50,101 nt of DNA from positions 1-50,101 of IMG/VR virus record IMGVR_UViG_3300033143_002021; one strand, written 5' to 3'. Positions 1 through 7,576 of this stretch are shown one piece after another (the first letter of the stretch is position 1; each line of letters opens with the position of its first letter). The notes under the pieces are model-generated. The model was not told the origin of the DNA. It made no database searches and saw only the letters and a program-made list of their open reading frames with translations. The position numbers and the translations under genes are program-made. Source of the DNA: a virus. Its lineage: Duplodnaviria; Caudoviricetes.

Positions 1-114
1 TTTGCTCGGCTACTGCTTTGTTGTAGCCATCAATAAACAATGGCATTTCATAACTAGCTTGTTCAATTTGTTCTTTGCTTAACTCTACATCTTTCAATAT
101 AGCTTTTATGGTTT
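1..114. repeat. Terminal direct repeat, left copy (identical to 49988-50101); circular or permuted assembly overlap
   Basis: Exact 114-bp match tttgctcggc...ttttatggttt at both ends. Confidence 0.97.
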
Positions 115-235
115 TGGTGATGAATTGTTTAGTTCCCCTCATTTGAGTATCAAAAGGCATAGCCTTTAAGTCATCTGTTATTTCATCAAACTCTACCTCC
201 CACTCCATCACACTATCTAGTTTGTTATTTGGCAT
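1..235 (-). CDS. Hypothetical 87-aa protein spanning the genome junction (235->1, continuing 49987->49959)
   Basis: Manual translation MPNNKLDSVMEWEVEF...DGYNKAVAEQKRKHEKYET* is open across the join. Confidence 0.75.
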   Translation of the reverse strand, partial: MPNNKLDSVMEWEVEFDEITDDLKAMPFDTQMRGTKQFITKTIKAILKDVELSKEQIEQASYEMPLFIDGYNKAVAEQ

Positions 236-393
236 TTTGTTAAATCTATTCCTGCTTGCTCTGCATAAACTAAAAGTATCATTACATTCTTTCCACACTT
301 TGGACATCTCCAATCAGCCCTACCTTTACGAATAAGGTTTTTGAAGTCATGGTCGAAAATTTTACATTCCTTCCTTTTATCCTTTGTGTTCAT
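217..393 (-). CDS. Small 58-aa putative zinc-binding protein
   Basis: Manual translation MNTKDKRKECKIFDHDF...WRCPKCGK...; ATGA overlap with the upstream gene. Confidence 0.6.
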   Translation of the reverse strand: MNTKDKRKECKIFDHDFKNLIRKGRADWRCPKCGKNVMILLVYAEQAGIDLTKCQITN

Positions 394-668
394 ATGTTTT
401 TAAGGGTTTTGAGAATTTGCTTGTGAGTTTCCTTTACAACCCCAACAACACTTCTATTTTTAATTGCTGATAGGTCAATGGATATTCCCTCTATCTCCTC
501 AACCACCTTACTTCTTTCTTCTTTGAGGGCTTCTGTTTTTAATTCTAGTAATTCCTCACACAAACTTTGTGTAGTTCCCCATCCATATTCGTCTGAAAAT
601 TCAGGAGCATGTTTTTCTATTAAGTCCCAAAGCTCCTCAACCTCCGCTTTTATGTCTTTATTTGTCAT
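390..668 (-). CDS. Hypothetical phage protein
   Basis: ORF track 390..680; ATG at 668 (MTNKDIKAEVEE) preferred. Confidence 0.7.
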   Translation of the reverse strand: MTNKDIKAEVEELWDLIEKHAPEFSDEYGWGTTQSLCEELLELKTEALKEERSKVVEEIEGISIDLSAIKNRSVVGVVKETHKQILKTLKNI

Positions 669-735
669 ATATGCAATCAACTGACTACTTCAGCTTTATG
701 TATGCAATAATTTTGTTATTCTTGGGTACTTTCAT

Positions 736-887
736 ATTTAAAGGTTCAAGTGGTGGGGACATTCTCGGAGTTCTGCATTGTCACCGAGTCCAGTTAGCAT
801 CCAAATTTAAGGTTGGTGTCACCCAAACTAACTTAAGGTTGACTAGCTTTCCTGTCCTCTCTTATCCCCACCCTTCAACTTTTAAAT
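736..887 (-). ncRNA. Candidate structured non-coding RNA (~150 nt, multibranch, closed by a ~25-bp stem)
   Basis: 736-761 and 863-887 are near-perfect inverted repeats; internal helices CTCGG/CCGAG and AGTTAG/CTAACT; lies in a gap of an otherwise tightly packed operon. Confidence 0.5.
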
Positions 888-1316
888 TTACTCACTTTCA
901 GTTTCAAAATAATCTCCTTCGTATTTTCCTGAATCATCTCCTCTTTCTTCTATGTCTAGTAAATCTTTGTTTTCGTATATGTTGCCAATAATTTCATAAT
1001 CATAATATCTCCCTAACATTCTATGTTTGGTCATTTTCATTTCGGTCATTGGTATAAATTGTCCATCTTCAAATTTAACTTCTATGTTTTCTGATTTACT
1101 AAACACATCATAATCTAGCATTATCCGACATTTGAGGATATCCCCCTCATATATCTCTTTTCCGTTTTTGTCTTTTAGACCAGTGAATTGCATAAGTTGT
1201 CCATCCTCATAATATTCTGTTAATAGTTGATGGTCTTGGTCTTGAACTGAAACGATATCAAAGTAAATCATTTCTGCTAATCCAATATCCCAGGCTCTGA
1301 ATTTAATTGTTCTCAT
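888..1316 (-). CDS. yopX: YopX-family phage protein
   Basis: Hallmark motifs MRTIKFRAWD, MQFTGLKDKNGKEIYEGDI and EIIGNIYEN. Confidence 0.92.
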   Translation of the reverse strand: MRTIKFRAWDIGLAEMIYFDIVSVQDQDHQLLTEYYEDGQLMQFTGLKDKNGKEIYEGDILKCRIMLDYDVFSKSENIEVKFEDGQFIPMTEMKMTKHRMLGRYYDYEIIGNIYENKDLLDIEERGDDSGKYEGDYFETESE

Positions 1317-2023
1317 AATTGTTTGATTAAATCCTTGTCTGTCATTTTAAGGTACTTTTCTTCAAATGGAGCATAAGCTAGATTTTTAGTCCAAGGTACT
1401 TTGGGATTAACTTCAAACTTTGGAAGGATCTGTTTTTCTTTCCAGTCTTTCATGGCTTTGTCATAGCTTTCTATTGTTTTGTTAACATCACTGGTTAATA
1501 GTCTGGTTTGGAATATATAGGTATTTACTCTCAAATCTTCGGCTGAGATGATATCTAAGGCATAGTATTCACTTTTAAGTCCCAGAGCATAGAAACAAGC
1601 CTGAAGTTTAAAGTGATAATCGACTTCTGTTTTGGTGATTCTTTTGAGTTTGGCGTTGGTTACACTTTTGACTTCATGGGGTATGTTTCCTTTCTTGAAT
1701 TGTGCTTTGTCCGATTTTAGAATAGCGTCAAGATATCCGATTGCTCCCCGATATTTAACTTCAACTTGAGTATCTACAAGGATTTTCTTCATTCTTTCAA
1801 CAAACCAATCTTCAACATCGTTTCCTCTTTTGAATTTGCCTAACAGATATGGTTCAAACTTCTTTGTAGGTATGCCAATAGACTTCATGACTTGAAATCT
1901 AAGGGGTTGATAGAGCATTGAAGCACTCAATAGACCACTTGAAGTGTGTTTGGCTTCTCTTGCTTTATTATCAGCAATTAGTTGTTTGTCGATTAAGTCT
2001 TGGTAATATGTATCAATTATCAT
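1313..2023 (-). CDS. PD-(D/E)XK (Cas4/RecB-like) exonuclease
   Basis: SAS...GYLDAI...EVKS...QACFYA motif arrangement. Confidence 0.75.
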   Translation of the reverse strand: MIIDTYYQDLIDKQLIADNKAREAKHTSSGLLSASMLYQPLRFQVMKSIGIPTKKFEPYLLGKFKRGNDVEDWFVERMKKILVDTQVEVKYRGAIGYLDAILKSDKAQFKKGNIPHEVKSVTNAKLKRITKTEVDYHFKLQACFYALGLKSEYYALDIISAEDLRVNTYIFQTRLLTSDVNKTIESYDKAMKDWKEKQILPKFEVNPKVPWTKNLAYAPFEEKYLKMTDKDLIKQL

Positions 2024-2157
2024 ATAATTTTATTACAATCGTGGCAAAATATCTCTAGTGTGTAATCTTCCCCGTCTGGCTCTTGGTGTGTGTCTAAATT
2101 AGACGATCCGCAGTAAGGGCAAATCCCGTTTTTAACTTTCTCTTGATATTCGTTCAT
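2020..2157 (-). CDS. 45-aa zinc-ribbon protein
   Basis: Manual translation MNEYQEKVKNGICPYCGS...IFCHDCNKII*; ATGA overlaps on both sides. Confidence 0.7.
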   Translation of the reverse strand: MNEYQEKVKNGICPYCGSSNLDTHQEPDGEDYTLEIFCHDCNKII

Positions 2158-2312
2158 AAATTGTCAATTCTGATGTTTTCTAACATAGTTTCCATTTTAA
2201 TTGCTTCCTCTTGAAGTTTGTCCCCATTATATGCTGACCATTTGCTTAAATCGTCAACATTGTCTTTCATTACTGTTATAAGTGTCTTGAGGTATTTCTG
2301 GTCAAATTCCAT
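2154..2312 (-). CDS. 52-aa hypothetical protein (leaderless)
   Basis: Manual translation MEFDQKYLKTLITVMK...RIDNL*; ATG lies 5 nt after a TATAAT. Confidence 0.7.
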   Translation of the reverse strand: MEFDQKYLKTLITVMKDNVDDLSKWSAYNGDKLQEEAIKMETMLENIRIDNL

Positions 2313-2317
2313 AATTC

Positions 2318-2347
2318 ATTATAAAACTAATCGTGTGCTTTTGTCAA
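2318..2347 (-). promoter_or_regulatory. Consensus sigma70 promoter TTGACA-N18-TATAAT
   Basis: Perfect hexamers on the minus strand, 5 nt before the ATG at 2312. Confidence 0.85.
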
Positions 2348-2563
2348 GTAGTGTTTTTTATATACTGCCGGTGATATTTCCCTGATACCATATAGCGTAT
2401 TGTCTTGGAACTTAATAAAGTGGCTGGCTTTTAACTTCTTGCTTTTGAGTATCTTCTTATAAGGTAATATCTCGTATAAAATCCCTCGCCACTTATATAT
2501 ACCAAATTCCACTTGATCAACTTCGTCATTTAAAAATGTTTCCAAAACCTTTTGCCTACTCAT
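2327..2563 (-). CDS. Hypothetical protein
   Basis: ORF track; ATGA-coupled to the upstream gene. Confidence 0.65.
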   Translation of the reverse strand: MSRQKVLETFLNDEVDQVEFGIYKWRGILYEILPYKKILKSKKLKASHFIKFQDNTLYGIREISPAVYKKHYLTKAHD

Positions 2564-2709
2564 TGTCTACAGTAAAAACAATCTACTTTTGTTATAAGAG
2601 TTTCTTTATCGTTCTTGATTGCTTCGATCTTGGCGTATTTGTTTTGGCAATTAGGACAAGTATCAATATATTTTATGGTTTGATTTAATTCTATTGTTTT
2701 GTATTTCAT
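2560..2709 (-). CDS. 49-aa zinc-ribbon protein
   Basis: Manual translation MKYKTIELNQTIKYIDTCPNCQ...VDCFYCRQ*; AGAAAGGA RBS. Confidence 0.7.
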   Translation of the reverse strand: MKYKTIELNQTIKYIDTCPNCQNKYAKIEAIKNDKETLITKVDCFYCRQ

Positions 2710-2770
2710 ATTTTCCTTTCTAATTCTCAATAGGGCAGATTATAGCCTTCGATAATCTACCCTGTGAAAG

Positions 2771-2944
2771 CTAGTTTGCATCTTCTCCACAATTATCACA
2801 AAACAGTTTACTTTTCTCTAAGTCAGGATCAGAAAAGTCTATCCCATTATCTGTTATTTGCCCATCTTTGCCTACTTCTACATCAACCGATTGATATACT
2901 GGACATCTCCATTTGTCATTAGACCCACAATTTTTACATTTCAT
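2771..2944 (-). CDS. 57-aa zinc-ribbon protein
   Basis: MKCKNCGS...FCDNCG; AGGAGG RBS before the ATG at 2944. Confidence 0.75.
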   Translation of the reverse strand: MKCKNCGSNDKWRCPVYQSVDVEVGKDGQITDNGIDFSDPDLEKSKLFCDNCGEDAN

Positions 2945-3006
2945 ATATTTATCCTCCTTTCTAATTCTCACCAATAGGTTCGACAACTTCAAACCCATTG
3001 TGAAAA

Positions 3007-3279
3007 CTATTTTTCAATAAGTGTGTCAATCTCGCCTTGTGCTTTCTGTATCTGAAAACGATAGTCATCTTCATCTTCTGTCATCTCATACTCGGAACAA
3101 AGTAGTTTATCAATCAATCCATGAGATTTTTTCGATAAAGTGTCTTTTTCTTCGTACTCTTTGGCAACTTCATCTATCCATACTTCAACTTGTTCTTTGT
3201 CTTGCTCATTTTGCAAACTGGTTTTGCCGTATTTGCCCGACATAAATCTTTTCAGTGCCTTGTATGTTTTGTTGTTCAT
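3007..3279 (-). CDS. Hypothetical protein
   Basis: ORF track; AAAGGAG RBS. Confidence 0.75.
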   Translation of the reverse strand: MNNKTYKALKRFMSGKYGKTSLQNEQDKEQVEVWIDEVAKEYEEKDTLSKKSHGLIDKLLCSEYEMTEDEDDYRFQIQKAQGEIDTLIEK

Positions 3280-3351
3280 ATTCTCCTTTCTAATCTCCTC
3301 AAGGCTTGGGCTGTCTGACTGGGTTTAGTACCAACCCAAGCTTTCAATAGA

Positions 3352-3825
3352 TTAAATCTTTTCTATAAATTCTTTTACAAGATCAAGCTGTGAACTGCTC
3401 AATTCTGCTGTAACTTGTAGCTTGTTAAAGTCTGGTTTGTTTTCTTTTGCCACTTCTTCTAATTTTTCTGCTAGATCGTGGAAATTAGCGTCAATCAGTG
3501 TCCATTTGCATACATCAACTATTCGGCTGTCCCATTCAAAGTAATTTGTGATCGCCATAGCTATACATTCCTCTGGTGTTGGTTTGTAGTCTGGTTCAAA
3601 TCGAAAGTTACTTAATTTAACAATCTTTGCCATCAACTTCATTATTTCCTTGTTGTTATCTTGTCTGCTTGTGTCTTTGATTTCTTTATCTGGCACAATC
3701 TCAACGGGTACAAGACAAGTTCCCGATCCCTCAACAAATTTTAATATATAATGTTGTCCGTTCTTAATAGATTTATAATCTTCTAAGTGGTTGTCCCATT
3801 CTGTCTTTGTTATTTTGTGTTTCAT
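3352..3825 (-). CDS. Hypothetical protein
   Basis: 157-aa ORF, ATGA-coupled. Confidence 0.75.
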   Translation of the reverse strand: MKHKITKTEWDNHLEDYKSIKNGQHYILKFVEGSGTCLVPVEIVPDKEIKDTSRQDNNKEIMKLMAKIVKLSNFRFEPDYKPTPEECIAMAITNYFEWDSRIVDVCKWTLIDANFHDLAEKLEEVAKENKPDFNKLQVTAELSSSQLDLVKEFIEKI

Positions 3826-4139
3826 AGACTTGTATATAGTCCTGTGTTTCGTTCTATTGATCCTCTCAATCCGTCAAAGTATATTCCCTTATCCTCAGAT
3901 ATTAGTTTGCTTTTATCTGTATATGTTTTTAAACTGAATGCGTTATACCAATATTCAATATCGTATGTGTCCATAGCATTTAACAGGATTTTGATTTTGT
4001 TTACTCTTTTTGAGTTCCTGCCGACTTTGAATATTACGCCATTTTCTAAAGCTATCATTGGTTTACCTTTTGCCCCGATCATATACAGGGCTTTTCCGCC
4101 GATCTGCTGTAAAATTGTGGTAGCTGTTGTTTTGTCCAT
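3822..4139 (-). CDS. Conserved hypothetical phage protein
   Basis: Pattern TILQQIGG...MIGAK...DTYDI...TGLYTSL recalled from other phage early proteins (unverified). Confidence 0.75.
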   Translation of the reverse strand: MDKTTATTILQQIGGKALYMIGAKGKPMIALENGVIFKVGRNSKRVNKIKILLNAMDTYDIEYWYNAFSLKTYTDKSKLISEDKGIYFDGLRGSIERNTGLYTSL

Positions 4140-4140
4140 G

Positions 4141-4410
4141 TTATATTTTCTTTGTTAAATCCTTATTAAATACTACAAAATGAATGGGTCTTTGGGTTGG
4201 TTCGCCTTTCTTGTCTGTATCGTCAACAAATGTTCTTAAATGTACTCCTTTGCCTTTGGCGTTTATTAACTTGAGGTTTGCTGTTCTAGCTTGTACGAAA
4301 GTTATCCATGAGTTTGACTTGTAGTCTTGATCGTCTTTGACTGCCATTAAAATAGCTTGGTTCATTCCTTTATAATCGTTCCCCGTAGTTTGGTTATATT
4401 GTAGTTTCAT
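4141..4410 (-). CDS. ardC: ArdC N-terminal-like ssDNA-binding / anti-restriction protein
   Basis: NQTTGNDYKGMNQAIL...YKSNSWITFVQA...KGKG matches the ArdC-N motif; ATG at 4410. Confidence 0.75.
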   Translation of the reverse strand: MKLQYNQTTGNDYKGMNQAILMAVKDDQDYKSNSWITFVQARTANLKLINAKGKGVHLRTFVDDTDKKGEPTQRPIHFVVFNKDLTKKI

Positions 4411-4411
4411 A

Positions 4412-4564
4412 TTAGTCAAGGTCAACAATGGTGTAATTTTCGTTTTCAATTAATGGAATTATGCTTGTGGGTTTGTCTGGGTTGTTGGTGTTGTTCTCTA
4501 TCCATTCGACTTCAACCACAACTCCGCCTTTAACTGTTATTTGTATCTTGTTGTTGTCTTTCAT
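4412..4564 (-). CDS. 50-aa hypothetical protein, first gene of the early arm (leaderless)
   Basis: Manual translation MKDNNKIQITVKGGVVVEV...TIVDLD*. Confidence 0.7.
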   Translation of the reverse strand: MKDNNKIQITVKGGVVVEVEWIENNTNNPDKPTSIIPLIENENYTIVDLD

Positions 4565-4571
4565 TACTCTA

Positions 4572-4599
4572 AGTATAACACACGGCGTGCTATTGTCAA
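4572..4599 (-). promoter_or_regulatory. Early sigma70 promoter TTGACA-N16-TATACT with TG extension
   Basis: Minus strand TTGACAatagcacgccgtgtgtTATACT, 7 nt before the ATG; CACG-C-CGTG palindrome in the spacer. Confidence 0.75.
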
Positions 4600-4724
4600 G
4601 TATTATTGATGACCAATTTGAGGCTAAGACCGAGCAGTTTTTGTGCTATACTTAACATATAAGAGGATATGCAAGCATTACACACAGGCACGCCAACCTC
4701 TTACACATCAAAACCTACTAACCT

Positions 4725-5156
4725 ATGAGTTTAAAAGGAATGAAACATTCAGCCCTCACTAAGTACAAGATATCCCTTGCTAATAAAAAAGATCGAGGAG
4801 AGTTACACAATAAGATTGAAGAATATATTTCTCTGTTATCAGAAAACAGTTTTCCGTCAATCGTATCAGCCTCAATTCATGCCGATATATCAGAGCAGGC
4901 GCTGTTAAACTACGAAGCAAGAACCGAGGACGCTTCAAACATTCGTGTATTACTAGATCGAATTAGAGCGAAGCAAAAAGAGTACTTAATGGTTAATGGT
5001 CTAAACAAAAAGTCATCTTCCGCCATTGTCAAACTCTTACTGACTGCACATCATGGCATTACAGAAACACCCTCAAATCTAACTCAAAACAATATCTTTT
5101 CAATATCCCCTGAGTTACTTAATGAAGCGTTGGAATTATCCCGTAAGAAGAAGTAA
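4725..5156 (+). CDS. terS: Probable terminase small subunit (P22 gp3-like) with an N-terminal NUMOD3-like motif
   Basis: GMKHSALTKYKISLANK resembles NUMOD3; IEEY...PSI...LMVNGL...IVKLLL..HG resembles gp3-type TerS; first rightward gene. Confidence 0.6.
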   Translation: MSLKGMKHSALTKYKISLANKKDRGELHNKIEEYISLLSENSFPSIVSASIHADISEQALLNYEARTEDASNIRVLLDRIRAKQKEYLMVNGLNKKSSSAIVKLLLTAHHGITETPSNLTQNNIFSISPELLNEALELSRKKK

Positions 5157-5245
5157 AAAACCCTTTCCAATTCTTGTATAAGTGTATAAGGATATAGTTT
5201 GATTAGTACCTGAAATGGTGAGTGGATAGTTCCTCGTAAAGGGTG

Positions 5246-5273
5246 AAATAGACTGTAAATAGACTGTAAATAG
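5246..5273. repeat. Tandem 11-bp repeat (AAATAGACTGT) x2.5, flanked by AAGGGT/ACCCTT
   Basis: Directly visible. Confidence 0.8.
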
Positions 5274-5296
5274 TACCCTTTCCCTTGTAGATAGCC

Positions 5297-5503
5297 TCAC
5301 TTACACTTTCCACAATCCCTTACCTTGTGCTTAAGACAATACCTTGACTGTGTTTGATTGGTGTCTGCTTGGCGGTAAGCATTCCCCCATCTGGTGTTAC
5401 TTGCTTTACTTGCTATCTCTTTACGCCTTGAGGCTGACAAGGTCTTGGCTCGTGCCTGACCGCCTCTGCTCCCTAGTTGTTTGGCAATCTCTTTTATGTC
5501 CAT
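5297..5503 (-). CDS. Small basic protein (KGG/GGxARA-type, likely nucleic-acid binding)
   Basis: LGSRGGQARAKTLSASRRKEIASKA..TRW; own leaderless promoter. Confidence 0.75.
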   Translation of the reverse strand: MDIKEIAKQLGSRGGQARAKTLSASRRKEIASKASNTRWGNAYRQADTNQTQSRYCLKHKVRDCGKCK

Positions 5504-5509
5504 GTATAT

Positions 5510-5538
5510 ATGTTAGCTTAGCGGTAAGCATTAATCAA
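5510..5538 (-). promoter_or_regulatory. Promoter TTGATT-N17-TAACAT with palindromic operator GCTTA-N4-TAAGC
   Basis: 6 nt before the ATG at 5503; operator duplicated at 5367-5383. Confidence 0.6.
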
Positions 5539-5793
5539 CCCCATCATGTTACAAGGATAATCAACTCATCAGCTCAGGGCAGGGCTGTGCAGTGAGTTGA
5601 ACGACAGGTCATGGGGGGGGTAGGGTAGGGTAGGGTGCAAATAAACCAGTTGGGAGTCTCACAAGTGTCTTTGATTAGGTAAAGGGAGGGTGTATCCACA
5701 GCTATAGACATACTCTTAAAACATCCACAGATGTAGACACCTTCTAAAAACCCATTACCTCCCCTAATGTAACTAAATGAAATTAAGTATGTC

Positions 5794-5823
5794 TTGACTT
5801 ATATAAAAGCAAGGTGTTAGTAT
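5794..5823 (+). promoter_or_regulatory. Sigma70-like promoter TTGACT-N18-TAGTAT driving glycan cluster I
   Basis: Hexamers visible; ATG 7 nt downstream at 5831. Confidence 0.55.
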
Positions 5824-5830
5824 TAAATTA

Positions 5831-5935
5831 ATGAATAAGGCTTATGGAGTTTTTTTATTAGTCTTTACTGTTTGTCTTATTTGGTATGCCGGGATTTTGA
5901 ACGTATTAGCTTTATTATTTATGGGAGATTTATGA
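5831..5935 (+). CDS. 34-aa single-pass membrane peptide
   Basis: MNKAYGVFLLVFTVCLIWYAGILNVLALLFMGDL*; leaderless; linked through a 16-aa ORF (5932-5982) to 5979. Confidence 0.5.
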   Translation: MNKAYGVFLLVFTVCLIWYAGILNVLALLFMGDL

Positions 5936-5978
5936 GAATAAGTATTCGAAGAATAAGACTGGAAAGGATATTCGAAGA

Positions 5979-6911
5979 ATGAGAATAGGATTTATAGGTA
6001 ACTTCATACCAGAATTTTCTACAGAGAATGACCGGAAATGGACTTTTCTTAGGTTAGGGCATAATGTAGTAACTTTTCAAGAGAACGAAACTTCAAAAGA
6101 CACTCTTCTTAAATGGATGCCAGACTTAGACTTACTTCTTTATAGTCACACCCACGACCCGAATTACAATATTTTAGGCTTAAAAGAAGTTTTTGAGACT
6201 TATAAGAAAAACAAGGTTCCTACCGTATCAGTTCATTTGGATAAGTGGGCTGGTTTAGAACGGGAAAAAGACGTGGGTAAAGAGGCTACTTGGTTTACAA
6301 AATATATCTTTATGGCGGATTGTTCTCCAGAAGCCGAAAAACTGTATAAAAAACATAATTTAAACTATTTTTACCTTCAACCAGGTGTCGTAGAACGGGA
6401 TTGTTATATGTCTGCTCCTGATCCAGTTCGATTCCCACATGAGATTGTATTTACTGGTTCTAAGGGCTATCACCAGGAATATCCCTTCAGACCACAACTT
6501 ATAGAGTTCCTTCAAGAGACTTACGAAGATCAATTCGGTCATTATGGAAATGATGGTATTGAGGTCGTTAGAGGACATGATTTAAACACTCTGTATGCCT
6601 CCAGTAAGATAGTAATTGGAGATTCGTGTTTTGGAACACAAGAAAACTATGTTTCTGATCGTTATTATGAGGTCCGTGGCAGGGGAGGTTTTCTTCTTAA
6701 TCCGATTGTTGGAGGAGTAGATACTATTGGTGTAGGGCATTACACCCATGATGATTTTGTCTCTTTAAAGAGCAGTATTGACTATTACCTGAAAAACAAC
6801 AACCTTCGGGAGATTAAGAGAGTAAACGGGTTTAACAAAGTTAGAGAAAGTGAAACTTATACCCACAGAGCAGTAGAGATGCTAGAAAGGATAAAAGCCT
6901 CAAAATCATGA
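5979..6911 (+). CDS. GT-B glycosyltransferase, CgeB/Glyco_trans_1_2-like
   Basis: IVFTGS..Y...R, DLNTLYASSKIVIG, SDRYYEVRGRGGFLL, HRA motifs. Confidence 0.8.
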   Translation: MRIGFIGNFIPEFSTENDRKWTFLRLGHNVVTFQENETSKDTLLKWMPDLDLLLYSHTHDPNYNILGLKEVFETYKKNKVPTVSVHLDKWAGLEREKDVGKEATWFTKYIFMADCSPEAEKLYKKHNLNYFYLQPGVVERDCYMSAPDPVRFPHEIVFTGSKGYHQEYPFRPQLIEFLQETYEDQFGHYGNDGIEVVRGHDLNTLYASSKIVIGDSCFGTQENYVSDRYYEVRGRGGFLLNPIVGGVDTIGVGHYTHDDFVSLKSSIDYYLKNNNLREIKRVNGFNKVRESETYTHRAVEMLERIKASKS

Positions 6912-7576
6912 TTAGAGAAGGAGTTAAAAGGCAAACTTGTGAAGCTGGTCATAAAAGTCATGAACGATTAGAAGTTGAGACAGATTTGGGTTTAATGACT
7001 GTTTTTAATTGGAATAAGTATAGAAGTCAACCTGGATTCTATTGTACTGGTCAAGATGATGTTTCTCGTACTTTATTCAATGAAGGAACTTGGGAAAAAG
7101 AACAAACCAAGTTAATAGGAAAAATCCTCAAAGAAGGAAACAAAAAGAACTTAGTTATTGATGTTGGTTCTCATGTTGGTTGGTATTCAAGGATGGCGAG
7201 TCAGTTTGGTTATGAGGTTGAAGCGTTTGAGGGTGATATAGAAAATGTTGAGGTTTTTAAGTTAAATGCTCCAAAGGCAAATATACACACAATATGGTTT
7301 GATAAAGATTTAGAGGGTGTTTTTGACTTAGACAAAGACGTTGAATTAATGAAAATTGATATTGAGGGTGCAGAGGAACACGTTATCAGGTATTTTGCAT
7401 CTGGTCTTAATAGAGTTAAACACTTAATAATGGAAATTAGCCCTGTGTTTAATGATTCTTACCCTGGATTGATACGAATTTTGCAAGATTTCGGATTTAA
7501 GGTTTTAGAGTTAGATGGTAAACCTTTTGACTTTAATTTTGATTTTAAACAGAGAGATTTGTATTTTAAAAGATGA
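6908..7576 (+). CDS. FkbM-family SAM methyltransferase
   Basis: VIDVGSHVGWYS, AFEG, MKIDIEGAE. Confidence 0.88.
   Translation: MIREGVKRQTCEAGHKSHERLEVETDLGLMTVFNWNKYRSQPGFYCTGQDDVSRTLFNEGTWEKEQTKLIGKILKEGNKKNLVIDVGSHVGWYSRMASQFGYEVEAFEGDIENVEVFKLNAPKANIHTIWFDKDLEGVFDLDKDVELMKIDIEGAEEHVIRYFASGLNRVKHLIMEISPVFNDSYPGLIRILQDFGFKVLELDGKPFDFNFDFKQRDLYFKR

Larger units (their letters stand above)
2710..3351 (-). repeat. Three repeated intergenic hairpin + RBS modules (2710-2770, 2945-3006, 3280-3351)
   Basis: TCCTTTCTAATTCTCA exact at 2714 and 2955, partial at 3284; each follows a long imperfect hairpin in the minus-strand transcript. Confidence 0.8.

Noticed and set aside
1-114. Terminal repeat as a true biological DTR
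   Set aside because: It falls in the middle of an ORF that reads through the join; more likely an assembly overlap of a circular or permuted genome
1313-2023. Cas4-like nuclease as evidence of CRISPR-Cas
   Set aside because: Solo PD-(D/E)XK nucleases are common phage recombination genes; no array or other cas genes are present
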